Notes under the pieces: model-generated
The model's input: the letters and a program-made list of their open reading frames with translations, nothing else
Database searches by the model: none
What the model was told of the DNA's origin: nothing
Shown here: one piece after another, positions 10,150-19,618 of the stretch
How positions within the stretch are numbered: position 1 is the stretch's first letter
How the letters are laid out: each line of letters starts with the position of its first letter
From: Escherichia coli
Lineage (GTDB): Bacteria > Pseudomonadota > Gammaproteobacteria > Enterobacterales > Enterobacteriaceae
Assembly (NCBI RefSeq): GCF_009931435.1
Contig: NZ_CP043414.1
DNA: 64,000 bases
Direction: 5' to 3' (one strand)
Position numbers and translations under genes: made by a program

Positions 10150-10827
10150 CTATTTTCCGATAAATTCAACGCTGGCGCCGGTGGCATTACCGTCAGCACC
10201 AACCGTGACGGTCACTTTGTCGTACGCACGGTCTTCAGGATTGAATACTTCAAACTCAACCTTATTGCCTTTTACTTCGTAAGAGCCAAAATCAGCGGTT
10301 TCTGTTGTTTCCTCGTCATATTCCCGGGCGTATGCCTGCCGGGCTGCCTGCAGGACGGAATCTTTATTAATAGTGGTCGTCTGTTTCGGGGAAAAACCGG
10401 CAAGTGATGTGACAAATTTCGGACAGACCTTCAGCATATCACCGCGGGTGAATTCCATTCGTACACCAAATGCCTGTAAAACGGACACATCACGCTCTGC
10501 TATGGAGTGAACGGCTTTTTTGACCATTTCCGGCGCCTGTCCGATTTCCACCTCAACAGCCCTGAATCCCGTCTGCTGATTACACATTTGTGATGTGGGG
10601 ATCAGGTTACCGTTAATACTGATACGGCTGCCCAGGAGCGTCTGTACGCCATTCGGGCATCCCTGCATCAGGCCGGTAATACCAATCGTGCCATTTTTCA
10701 GCATTACCAGCGCCTGACCATCTTCCGTCATGGTCTGACACCAGCCGTTTTTGACAGCCCAGTTGCCGGCGGAGGCGGAGAATGATGCCACAGTGAACAG
10801 CAGGGGAAAAAGAGCTCTGGTATTCAT
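10150..10827 (-). CDS. exported protein or lipoprotein (YafY/YfjS-like)
   Basis: The internal ATG at 10827 gives [23 protein letters not shown]..., a signal peptide. The 35-aa upstream extension in the ORF track is unlikely. Confidence 0.5.
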   Translation of the reverse strand: MNTRALFPLLFTVASFSASAGNWAVKNGWCQTMTEDGQALVMLKNGTIGITGLMQGCPNGVQTLLGSRISINGNLIPTSQMCNQQTGFRAVEVEIGQAPEMVKKAVHSIAERDVSVLQAFGVRMEFTRGDMLKVCPKFVTSLAGFSPKQTTTINKDSVLQAARQAYAREYDEETTETADFGSYEVKGNKVEFEVFNPEDRAYDKVTVTVGADGNATGASVEFIGK

Positions 10828-10974
10828 GACTGACCTCTGAAATGAACGTACGGTGTTATTGATAATGATGGAAGGTATGCAGTGACTGTTCAGGGAATGA
10901 CGTAGCCGTATATTTAGTTTTCTGTTCAACATATTGTCTCCATACCTGTCGGGACGGCTTTGGCAGGCCGGCGA

Positions 10975-11655
10975 TCACAGGTTAAAGGTGTTGATAAGTT
11001 TATGGATGAAAGAGAAATGTGGCAGGGCGGAGATAAAACGCTCTTCAGCGACCAGACTGTGGATGTGGCCTCTCCGTTCAAACCGTTCTGATGTCAGGCT
11101 GACTGATTTGATATCTGCCAGAGGAAAGACCTGCAGTTTTCCCTTCTGTAACGCGATCAGATACCAGCTACCGCTGTAATAAATGAGCCGGCAGGGCTCC
11201 AGTGACGGATACCATCGCTCAGTCATCAGAGAGATGTGGATACACTGTCTTATTGCCAGGATGAGTTGCGAGAAACACTCGGGGAACGTTGCAGTGATAT
11301 CCGGCGCCGGTAGCCAGATAAGGCAGGGAGAGGGCTCCTGGTTGTCGGTAAGACAGGTTATCAGTCGTCCGTTCCGGAGCGGAAGTATCCGTGCGATCCC
11401 GGTATTCTGTATAAAAGAAAGCATTTCAGGGATCGCACCTGGGCTGCTCTGTCGTCTGAGGCTGTACCTGCCATTTCTGTACTCTAAATCCAGGTGAACC
11501 AGACGCTGATGAAAATCGCGCTGTAAAGTACGTTCTGTAACGCCAAATTCATCTGACAGTGTTTTTAGTGACAGAGATTCTCCGGCCATCAGTCGGCTGA
11601 TAATGAGTGATAAGCGAACCGCCAGGCGATCATGCCGGGAACGATTATCAGACAT
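10975..11655 (-). CDS. HTH + WYL-type transcriptional regulator (YfjR-like)
   Basis: 226 aa. N-terminal HTH (LKTLSDEFGVTERTLQRDF) with a WYL-like C-terminal region (SGSWYLIAL). Confidence 0.7.
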   Translation of the reverse strand: MSDNRSRHDRLAVRLSLIISRLMAGESLSLKTLSDEFGVTERTLQRDFHQRLVHLDLEYRNGRYSLRRQSSPGAIPEMLSFIQNTGIARILPLRNGRLITCLTDNQEPSPCLIWLPAPDITATFPECFSQLILAIRQCIHISLMTERWYPSLEPCRLIYYSGSWYLIALQKGKLQVFPLADIKSVSLTSERFERRGHIHSLVAEERFISALPHFSFIHKLINTFNL

Positions 11656-11857
11656 AGATGTGCACTCCGTAAGAAAACATCTTTTATTTCATGATGTTAT
11701 TATGCATCATGATGTTGAAAGGATGTGTCGCATCCGGATAATCAGGAATAAAATGCAGCAGAAAAAATATTCTTTTAATTATCTGATTTTTAAGCATGAT
11801 TTCATAAAAAGAAGAATGCTCGTTAATCCAGCGACACATCCTGTCGGCGTGAGTGTG

Positions 11858-12742
11858 TCAGAACAGACGCTCCCACAGTGTGATCAGCAGGTGGATAATG
11901 CGGTCCCGGGCTTTACGCAGAAGCTGTAACATCCAGGCCGGAAAACTGAAACGGGCAACGGCGACGTCAAAACTTTTCCCGATGGTTTCACCAAAAGTCT
12001 GTTGTGCGTGTTTCTGGGCCTGTTCAGAGCGGTTTTCTCCCCGGATATGTGAATACACCGCGCTGGTTGCCTGTGGTGGCAGTGCGTGGATCATCAGCGA
12101 CACAAACGCCGGAAGGTTCCAGCCGACAGGTGCAGCAACGGAGAGTACCGGAAATGATGAAGGGAACAGGGTTGCCACCCGGGCTGTAACCGTCGCCAGT
12201 GAGAGCGCCTGCTGACGGGACGGGCATTTTTCTGTGGCATTCCATTCTTCAGCAGGAAACACGCGATCGGCATGGCTGAGAACAAACAGAAAACGCGAGG
12301 GATCTGCGCCTTCATTCAGTAAAAACTGATGCATGGTAATGTCGGCGGCATACGCGCGTTCATCTGCCCGCAGGATCCAGATAATCAAATCCACTTCCGG
12401 CAGTAACTGACGGTAAAGCGCCCGGTATTCCTGATCATGTTGCGGCGTCTCTCCAATGCCGGGCAGATCGACCAGCGTCATTCTGCGTTCACCGATCTGC
12501 AGGGTAAGACGATGAGCCTGGCGGGTGCAGCCGTTCAGGGGATGCGTGGCACAGATATGGGACTGAAAAATAGCATTACACAGGCTACTTTTGCCGGTGC
12601 CGGATTTACCCATAATGCCAATCACGGGTTCGTAATGAATAACGCTGTGGAGATGTTCAAGAATTTTCTGACGAATTTCTTCAGGAAGAAACGTCAGATA
12701 TGATTTCACTTGTGCGGAGAGGGAAGAATGGCTGAATGACAT
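11858..12742 (-). CDS. YfjP/YeeP/YkfA-family GTPase
   Basis: 294 aa. P-loop GKSGTGKSSLCNAIF, G3 motif DLPGIGE. Conserved CP4-element gene. Confidence 0.85.
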   Translation of the reverse strand: MSFSHSSLSAQVKSYLTFLPEEIRQKILEHLHSVIHYEPVIGIMGKSGTGKSSLCNAIFQSHICATHPLNGCTRQAHRLTLQIGERRMTLVDLPGIGETPQHDQEYRALYRQLLPEVDLIIWILRADERAYAADITMHQFLLNEGADPSRFLFVLSHADRVFPAEEWNATEKCPSRQQALSLATVTARVATLFPSSFPVLSVAAPVGWNLPAFVSLMIHALPPQATSAVYSHIRGENRSEQAQKHAQQTFGETIGKSFDVAVARFSFPAWMLQLLRKARDRIIHLLITLWERLF

Positions 12743-12926
12743 ACCGGTATCCTGTTGATTTCACTGAACCGGATCACACTAATCCGGTTTATCATTCAGG
12801 TAATATGGGCGTGAAAAATGATGGAATGTCTGAATTACGGACATTATTGTTAAAGTGTAATGGAGTATGGCGTCAGTTTTTCAGAACGGGAACTAATGAC
12901 ATACTGCTGTTTCAGGAGATGAGAGG

Positions 12927-14057
12927 ATGACCGGACGTAAAAACAAATGTGTCAGAAAAAATTGTAACAATCAGGTTTTCTCAGTAAAAATGGCAGTGGA
13001 GAAAAGACTGTGCAGAAAACATTATGAGAGGTTTTGTGAGCTCAAAAAAAGAAGAGAGCAAAATCCTGTTCACAGATTAAATGAAGCATTGCCAAGAAAG
13101 GTAGAAGGCCCAAAAAGAAAGAGGAAATTAGTAAAAGAAAGAGAAATCATTAACAGCAGGACGAAACATAAACAGGAGCAGGGACCATCTCTGGCTGAAC
13201 TTAATAAAAAAGTTCGTGAGATACTGAAAACCCCGGCATGGAGAACGCTGGAAACGAGAATTCGAAGAAACGGTATCACATTTAATTCAAAAGCAGAGTT
13301 AGATGCGCTTTCTGAACTTTATGCAATTTATTCATGGGTTTCATATTGCAAACGGTGCGATAATTATTCTGTGTGGTTTTTGAATTGTCCGGATGTAAAT
13401 ATAAATCTTCATGTGTGCGAATGCCGGTCTTCTGAAAGCGATTGTTATCTGCCATCCCGTTTTATTATTCTTCCAGCTCCATTAAGGCAAAAAGTAAAAA
13501 GAAAATACTCTGCTAATTCGTCTGGGGTATCAGGACATAATGATTCAAAAAGTCTTTATAAGACAGTTTTGTCTGTTTGTGGTGGGAAAAGAGAAACCGA
13601 ATTGTTCTTTTATTCACTGCCAGTAAAGACTAATCATCATCCTTACTGGATTAAAAGTGGTGTGGTTAAAAGATTTCCTCCTGTTTTTGGTTTGTTGTTT
13701 TATGAACAGGAAAGATTAACAGGAGGTGTTTTTCGTTATGTGTTGATAAGGTTTTATAATACTTTTAAGGAGAATTTGTTTTTTGTTGAGATTGTCTCGT
13801 GCTGTTTTCTTGTTGAGCTTTTTCATGATATTGATTCGTTTTTTATAAATCAACGATTAAGTAAGCTGGAAAGTTTTATAGATAAGTGGAGGGAGGGTAA
13901 AGAAATCTGGATAAAAGCATATCTACAACTGATACATAATACATTGGGAATAACTGAAACAGAAAAACTCGTCAATCTATATAATTCATTTTTTACTGAT
14001 AAAGTGGTTATCTGGGATGAATCAGTAAAAAAAGTTAAGTGGATTTATGAGAAATAG
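12927..14057 (+). CDS. hypothetical AT-rich Lys- and Cys-rich protein (orphan)
   Basis: 376-aa ORF with a GAGAGG Shine-Dalgarno before the ATG. N-terminal CxxxxC...CxxH pattern (CVRKNC...CRKHYERF), a basic linker and a hydrophobic C-terminal half. No family recognised. Confidence 0.5.
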   Translation: MTGRKNKCVRKNCNNQVFSVKMAVEKRLCRKHYERFCELKKRREQNPVHRLNEALPRKVEGPKRKRKLVKEREIINSRTKHKQEQGPSLAELNKKVREILKTPAWRTLETRIRRNGITFNSKAELDALSELYAIYSWVSYCKRCDNYSVWFLNCPDVNINLHVCECRSSESDCYLPSRFIILPAPLRQKVKRKYSANSSGVSGHNDSKSLYKTVLSVCGGKRETELFFYSLPVKTNHHPYWIKSGVVKRFPPVFGLLFYEQERLTGGVFRYVLIRFYNTFKENLFFVEIVSCCFLVELFHDIDSFFINQRLSKLESFIDKWREGKEIWIKAYLQLIHNTLGITETEKLVNLYNSFFTDKVVIWDESVKKVKWIYEK

Positions 14058-14596
14058 TACCATTTAACTGAAAGCCACCATAACGTCTTTTTGACTACAT
14101 CCATGATAATGAGTCTCATTTTGATTTCGTTTTTTTGTTCCGGGAAATTTTCCGAACATCAGTGATAATGAGGGTTTTGTTGTTTTTGTTTCTGCAATGT
14201 TTGAGGGCTGTTCCTGGAGATGATTCGTTGCTTGTGAGCAAGAGGTGGTCCGCTTTACTGGACAAGTTTTGCATTTGTTGAGTGGTGAAATGGAAGTAAA
14301 AAGAGCCCCTTTCTGGCAATGACTGAAAAAGTCAGTAGCGTGTGACAGTAAAAACTAACATAAAGTGATTATCGTATGATTATGACAATGACTTATAACT
14401 TTTATGAAAAGAACAACAGAAACTATGAAACCATAGCAGATTCCTGAGACCATGTTTTTTGAGGTAGAGAAAATAATTCAAGAGTAAACCAGTTTGTTTT
14501 TTGATCAGTAAAGAACCATGCCTGATGTGAAAACGGGTAATCAACATTCAGTCTGCATGAGTGTCTGAGAATGTTGCTAATGTCGGTATGATACTA

Positions 14597-14740
14597 TATA
14601 CACATATTTTACTAAGTATTTTTACTAAGCATTTCAGTAAGTGTTATACACGTATTTTCTACTAAGTGTTTTACCAGACATACACGTATTTTCATAAACA
14701 CTTCTACAAGTGTTTTCATTAAGTATTGTTATACACATTG
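14597..14740. repeat. iteron-like array of AAGT(G/A)TT and ATACAC(G/A)TATTTT motifs
   Basis: AAGTATT/AAGTGTT occurs at about 14614, 14638, 14664, 14708 and 14721, with an inverted copy AACACTT at about 14697. ATACAC(R)TATTTT occurs at about 14598, 14646 and 14680, and a truncated ATACACATTG at about 14731. Confidence 0.6.
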
Positions 14741-15523
14741 CTTTGTCTGACACACATCCGGTTTAGTAAATCTTTACGTTAGCTAAAATCAGTTTAAAGC
14801 TGCTACAAAGCAATCTTTCCTGTTTAAGCAATCAAGATGACATTCTGTTTTTCTGAAGTTACGTTTAACCTTTTCTGAGTTTTTGTGTTTTTGGTCGTTA
14901 ACCGGAGAAAAGTATCTTTACGTAAAAACGCAAATCCGACTGAGATAACCTGGCGTGATTTACGGAGTGCTTACGACGATTTAGTTAAATGGTTTTATGG
15001 ATGATTTTGTAGCGATGAGGTTGATGAGATGATTAACTGGCCCTGGTGTTTTTTTTCTCAGAGCAAGGCTCTTTTCAGAAAAAGCGTGATGATTGGTTCT
15101 GGTGTTTTGATTCAGATGAGGTTTACGTTATCGATGGTTAATCGCTTTTATGGTGCGTAGTGAAACGTAACATTTTCAGGATGAGAAAATCGATTCTGAT
15201 GTTAGTGGTTTTTGTTCTTGGGGTGGGGTTATCTGTAAACAGGTTTTAAACGCGCTATTCGGCTCTGTGATTGAGTTGTGTGGTTAAGCTATAGGTTTTG
15301 GTGTTGTTGTTGATTCACAGCGCCAGAAATCGTTCTGATTGCGTTTTTGATGTTTTGTTTGCACGTTCTGTTGATCCGTTTCCCTTCTGACTTTTCTCGT
15401 CGTCCATGCCGTTTTTAAATTCATTTGCTGTTGTTGTGTTTTTTTACCATCTTTTCGTTTGTAGGGGATTCCATTTTTATCCGGAGTAGGTTGTGTTGCT
15501 CAATGGTGGGAGTTCGTAAAGTT

Positions 15524-15553
15524 TTACCGCGGTGATTAATGATGTGAAGTCAA
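15524..15553 (+). repeat. conserved leader motif copy 1 (TTACCGCnnTGATTAATGATGTGAA..AAGTCAA)
   Basis: ttaccgcggtgattaatgatgtgaagtcaa lies 25 bp upstream of the first Gp2-like gene. A near-identical copy lies at 16460-16500. Confidence 0.6.
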
Positions 15554-15578
15554 TCCAAATCAATGGAGATCTCTCATC

Positions 15579-16310
15579 ATGAATCAACCAATACACAATG
15601 CTTACTGGTTATCCCGTTTTGAAAGTATTCTCAACAGTGCCCTGGCGCAACACCGTGCCGTCTCGTTAATCCGGGTGGATTTACGTTTCCCTGAGTATAT
15701 GCCTGCCACCATTATGGATACCGATTTAGATTCAGCGGTGATTTCTCGTTTTTTCGAATCCCTGAAAGCAAAAATTCAGGCTTACCAGCGACATAAACGA
15801 CGTGCCAACAAGCGTGTGCATGCAACCACTCTGCGTTATTTCTGGTGCCGGGAGTTCGGCAAGGAAAAAGGCAGGAAACATTATCACGTGATATTACTGC
15901 TCAACAAAGATACCTGGTGCTCGCCAGGGGATTTCACCGTTCCTTCTTCGCTGGCGACGCTGATCCAACTGGCATGGTGCAGTGCTCTGCATCTTGAGCC
16001 CTGGCAGGGTAATGGACTGGTTCATTTTTCCAGGCGGACGCCTTTCCGTAAACCGACATCATCCGATGCTCGCCCTTCTTCCGATGACACGCCTTTACCT
16101 GGTGGATGTTCTGATACCCGGAAGGATTCTGACAAAAAGTCTGGTGGATCCGCTGTGCTCTGGATCAAGCGTGGTGATGTAGAAGCGATGCAGAAAGCCA
16201 TGGAGAGAGCCCGTTATCTCGTGAAGTATGAGACGAAGCAGCATGACGGTTCTGGTCAACGTAATTATGGTTGCAGTCGTGGAGCGGGGCGTCTACTGGA
16301 TGGCAGGTGA
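15579..16310 (+). CDS. inovirus-Gp2-like protein (YagK/YfjJ family)
   Basis: 243 aa. The blocks LIRVDLRFPE...YFWCREFGKEKGRKHYHVILLLNKD are typical of the YagK/YfjJ family as recalled. Confidence 0.7.
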   Translation: MNQPIHNAYWLSRFESILNSALAQHRAVSLIRVDLRFPEYMPATIMDTDLDSAVISRFFESLKAKIQAYQRHKRRANKRVHATTLRYFWCREFGKEKGRKHYHVILLLNKDTWCSPGDFTVPSSLATLIQLAWCSALHLEPWQGNGLVHFSRRTPFRKPTSSDARPSSDDTPLPGGCSDTRKDSDKKSGGSAVLWIKRGDVEAMQKAMERARYLVKYETKQHDGSGQRNYGCSRGAGRLLDGR

Positions 16311-16459
16311 ACCCTGTAAAACGGCATCCGGTGCCTGAGCGTATGCCACGGTAGGGCGTCAGCCAACGCCCTTACCTCGTATTCTGATCACTCATTCTGA
16401 AGTCATGCAACGGTATTTTTATCTGCTTCCGCTCTTGGAAACACTCCGTCGGTAAAAAC

Positions 16460-16500
16460 TTACCGCCTTGATTAATGATGTGAACCGAAGTCAACGGAGG
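16460..16500 (+). repeat. conserved leader motif copy 2
   Basis: ttaccgccttgattaatgatgtgaaccgaagtcaacggagg. It shares the TGATTAATGATGTGAA core and the downstream CAAyGGAG with copy 1. Confidence 0.6.
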
Positions 16501-16693
16501 TCATTCACCTTAAACCCACCTCAGGAATTTTACACCTGTCAGGTCTCCTGACTGTCCTGGCATACGACATCTGCCATCCCCGGTTCCACGGTTATTACAT
16601 CAACAACCTCTGTACACGACGCCTTCAGTTTCACAATACGCTCGTCTTTCGCTGGCGGGGATGCGTCGTGCGTTTCTATATGGAGCATATCTT

Positions 16694-17266
16694 ATGAATG
16701 GTATCCCTCATTTCGACTATAGCCTGGCGCCCTTCTGGCCGTCTTATCAGAACAAAATCATCGGTGTTCTCAACCGTGCGCTGCGTGAACAGTCCTGCTC
16801 CCGGGTACGGCGGATCCTGCTTCGTCTGCCATGTGAATATGACACTACCTTCAGTAGCAGAAAGACCTGGTTTGGTATGGACTTTATCGAAACTGTCAGT
16901 GCGCTGATGAATGCAAACCCCGGACGTGATCTCTGCTGGCTCCTGACTCGTCATCCGGAAAAGCCGGAATACCACGTGGTGCTGTGCGTCAGACAGGAGT
17001 ATTTCGACGGCCCCGAACTGGATCGGTTGATACTGGATGCCTGGAGCAACGTACTGGGCTTCGCGTCACCGGGTGAAGCGGCACCGTACCAGAAGCAGAT
17101 AACACGGGATGTGGTGCTGGACAGTCGTTCACCGGACTGCGAAGACATCCTCAAAGAGCTGATATGGGCATTCAGTGATTTCGCCCGCGATCGTCGTGGT
17201 GTGCGCGATCCGGAAGCCCGTTACCTCGTCGGTAATCCCTGGTATCCCGTAGCAGGCCAGCTCTGA
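16694..17266 (+). CDS. divergent Gp2-like (YfjJ-family) paralogue
   Basis: Start chosen at ATG 16694, which has GGAG 8 nt upstream. ILLRLPCEYD...EYHVVLCVRQEYF is colinear with the RVDLRFPE...HYHVILLL blocks of the 15579 gene. Confidence 0.5.
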   Translation: MNGIPHFDYSLAPFWPSYQNKIIGVLNRALREQSCSRVRRILLRLPCEYDTTFSSRKTWFGMDFIETVSALMNANPGRDLCWLLTRHPEKPEYHVVLCVRQEYFDGPELDRLILDAWSNVLGFASPGEAAPYQKQITRDVVLDSRSPDCEDILKELIWAFSDFARDRRGVRDPEARYLVGNPWYPVAGQL

Positions 17267-17334
17267 AAGCACAGTTCAGCAGATTCACCCGCATTTGCCC
17301 AACCTTCATAAATCTCACAAAGGACATTCTGACC

Positions 17335-17568
17335 ATGTTGACCACAACAAGCCACGACAGCGTATTGCTGCGTGCTGACGATCCCCTGATCGACATGAAC
17401 TACATCACCAGTTTCACCGGTATGACCGATAAATGGTTTTACAAGCTGATCAGTGAAGGCCATTTTCCTAAACCCATCAAACTGGGTCGCAGCAGCCGCT
17501 GGTACAAAAGCGAAGTGGAGCAGTGGATGCAGCAGCGAATCGAGGAGTCACGAGGAGCTGCTGCATGA
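17335..17568 (+). CDS. alpA: AlpA-family phage/island transcriptional regulator
   Basis: 77 aa. The MerR-like HTH ITSFTGMTDKWFYKLISEGHFPKPIKLGRSSRWYKSEVEQWM is the AlpA signature. Confidence 0.8.
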   Translation: MLTTTSHDSVLLRADDPLIDMNYITSFTGMTDKWFYKLISEGHFPKPIKLGRSSRWYKSEVEQWMQQRIEESRGAAA

Positions 17569-17833
17569 AACGTGTTGTAATACCGGTACGCTGGCGATGT
17601 GCAAAATGCCGGCGCTGGTATTGTGGAAATCAGCCCTGTCCCTGGTGCTGGCGACACTCTCGTTCATCTTTCTGCTGATACCCTCCTGTCAGTAGCGGGT
17701 TGTAGCTCTTCCCTGACCGATTTGTCATTCCACTCTTATTGTTTATAACGGGTATTGAGCCGGTACTGGCGTGTTTTCCTGCATGTTTGCACCGGTTCAG
17801 TAAAATTCAACAGGATTCGAAAAGGAACATTTC

Positions 17834-18382
17834 GTGCAAATAACCGAAGCATTACTTTCAGAGCCAGGGGAAATCCGGCGTTTTGTTCAGCAGGCGGTGG
17901 ATCACTGGCCGCATCTGTTGGCATTTCACTTCACGCTCCATTCGGCTGAAGAAAACATCAACGGGCAACGGGTTCAGACATTCTGTACTTCCTTTTACCG
18001 GCAGGTACACGAACGTATTGCTGAACGTAATCACACGGCCAGTCCATCATCGCCGTTGGTATTACGCTGGTTGCGGGAACAACATGGAAAAGCAACAATA
18101 CGATGCCTGTTGCTGCTCAGCCAGACGAGCATTTGCCATCCGCGAGCCAGTGTCACAGTTGATGAACAATGTTCGCAAGTGGTGGATTTACTGCAACATA
18201 GCTGGCAGGTGATAAGTGCTGGCGGACAATGCCGGGTGGAAAGGTGTTTTCGGGTTGCCCGGGGTGATACATCCGGTCAGTATGTTGCGTTAAAAACAGT
18301 CGCATTGTCTCTGGGGTTACCGGTTGTGACCGCCATTACCCATCGTCCGGTACAGCGCTGTACATTGATTACAGCTCAGTGA
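17834..18382 (+). CDS. third Gp2-like (YfjJ-family) paralogue, GTG start
   Basis: 182 aa. LLAFHFTLHSAE...IRCLLLLSQ pattern parallels the other two. Assignment is weak. Confidence 0.4.
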   Translation: MQITEALLSEPGEIRRFVQQAVDHWPHLLAFHFTLHSAEENINGQRVQTFCTSFYRQVHERIAERNHTASPSSPLVLRWLREQHGKATIRCLLLLSQTSICHPRASVTVDEQCSQVVDLLQHSWQVISAGGQCRVERCFRVARGDTSGQYVALKTVALSLGLPVVTAITHRPVQRCTLITAQ

Positions 18383-18383
18383 A

Positions 18384-18725
18384 TCAGCGCTTTCTGGCTT
18401 TTCGTCGGTCATTCAGCACCATTAGCCGGGCCTCTGCCTCTTTCTGTTCCTGTAGTGTCACTTCCCCGCACGGCAGCCCCTTCAGATCGTAACGGGCGCC
18501 ATCTGCCATTAACGCACATGAATAGTGCGGAGACTGCACATAAGACGCCACTGCCGCGTGTAATGTACCAGCGCCAAACGCCAGTTCTCTGATGGCGATA
18601 TCCTGTATCAGGTCGTCAGGTATCTCAACTTTAAGCGGTTGGGGTTTTTCCCGGTTGAATAACTCAGGCCAGAGTTCCACAAGACGATTAATACGCTTAC
18701 GGTTTTTACGCTGGCGTTTTGTCAT
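18384..18725 (-). CDS. ProQ/FinO-domain RNA-binding protein
   Basis: 113 aa. LVELWPELFNREKPQPLKVEIPDDL...YDLKGLPCGEVTLQEQKEAEARL is colinear with the ProQ N-terminal domain (FLAERFPHCF..RPLKIGI..DL...VDLDGNPCGELDEQH) as recalled. Confidence 0.8.
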   Translation of the reverse strand: MTKRQRKNRKRINRLVELWPELFNREKPQPLKVEIPDDLIQDIAIRELAFGAGTLHAAVASYVQSPHYSCALMADGARYDLKGLPCGEVTLQEQKEAEARLMVLNDRRKARKR

Positions 18726-19618
18726 ATGCCGCCACGGTGTTTTTTCAGCAGAGCAGGGCTCTGTTTATCGTTCAACTGTGGTATCCGTTCCCTGGCCTTC
18801 ACGTTGTGTGCAGTGTTCGTTTTATCCTGCAGCGGCGTTGCCGGTGATTTACTGAAAATGCCCTGTGGTTTACGGTTAATGGTCAGCGTTACCATCAGTA
18901 TTGTTACCTCATGCTGTCAATGGAAGTAGTACTCCATCCAGAGCCTTGGCGACCCCGGGGCTGAAAACGAAACAATAACCCGCGCACAGTGCGAGGAGCC
19001 CGGGCGTGAAGCAATCAGCAGGTAATATTAATGGCAAGACCAGTAGGTTCTTTAAACAAACGAACAATATCAGCAAATACGACAACTCCCGGAGAGGTAA
19101 AAAGTTTTTCACTTGAGCACTTCTTAAAAAAATGGAGACGAACAAAAATGGGGCGACATACCTGGAAAGTATTGCTACCAGATGATGCTAAAAAGCAGAA
19201 ATAGTGTTCCAGGCCTGAAAGGGATGAGAATCAGTATCTGTGTGTATTTATAACATCTTCTTGAAGAGGCTGGAGATTGTTAGTCCATTAGTATAATCGA
19301 TATTCGTGTTCCTGCGAATATGCAGGCTACACCAGATATATGATTGCTACCGAATTTCATCAGTTTGATGAAATTACGCATCATACTGCGGGTTTTTCTC
19401 ATTAACATTAACGAAAGTGAATGGACTCAGACAAGTAGTGACCGGCGCAATTTCGCTAAGTATCAAATACAAAGAACGTTCTCTTACTTTCTGCGATGGC
19501 CTTTCCTTCGGAAAGGAAGTGACGATTAAGTACCGAAAAATGTGATACACATATTATTTTTATGGTGAATCACCTGATAGGATTTGCCATAAATGAATGA
19601 AAAGCTGAGTGTTAATAA

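Noticed and set aside
14597-14740. Possible CRISPR array or tRNA/ncRNA gene in the repeat-rich stretch.
   Set aside because: The repeats are 7-13 nt, irregularly spaced and partly inverted. There is no repeat-spacer periodicity and there are no cas genes. It is kept only as an iteron-like array.
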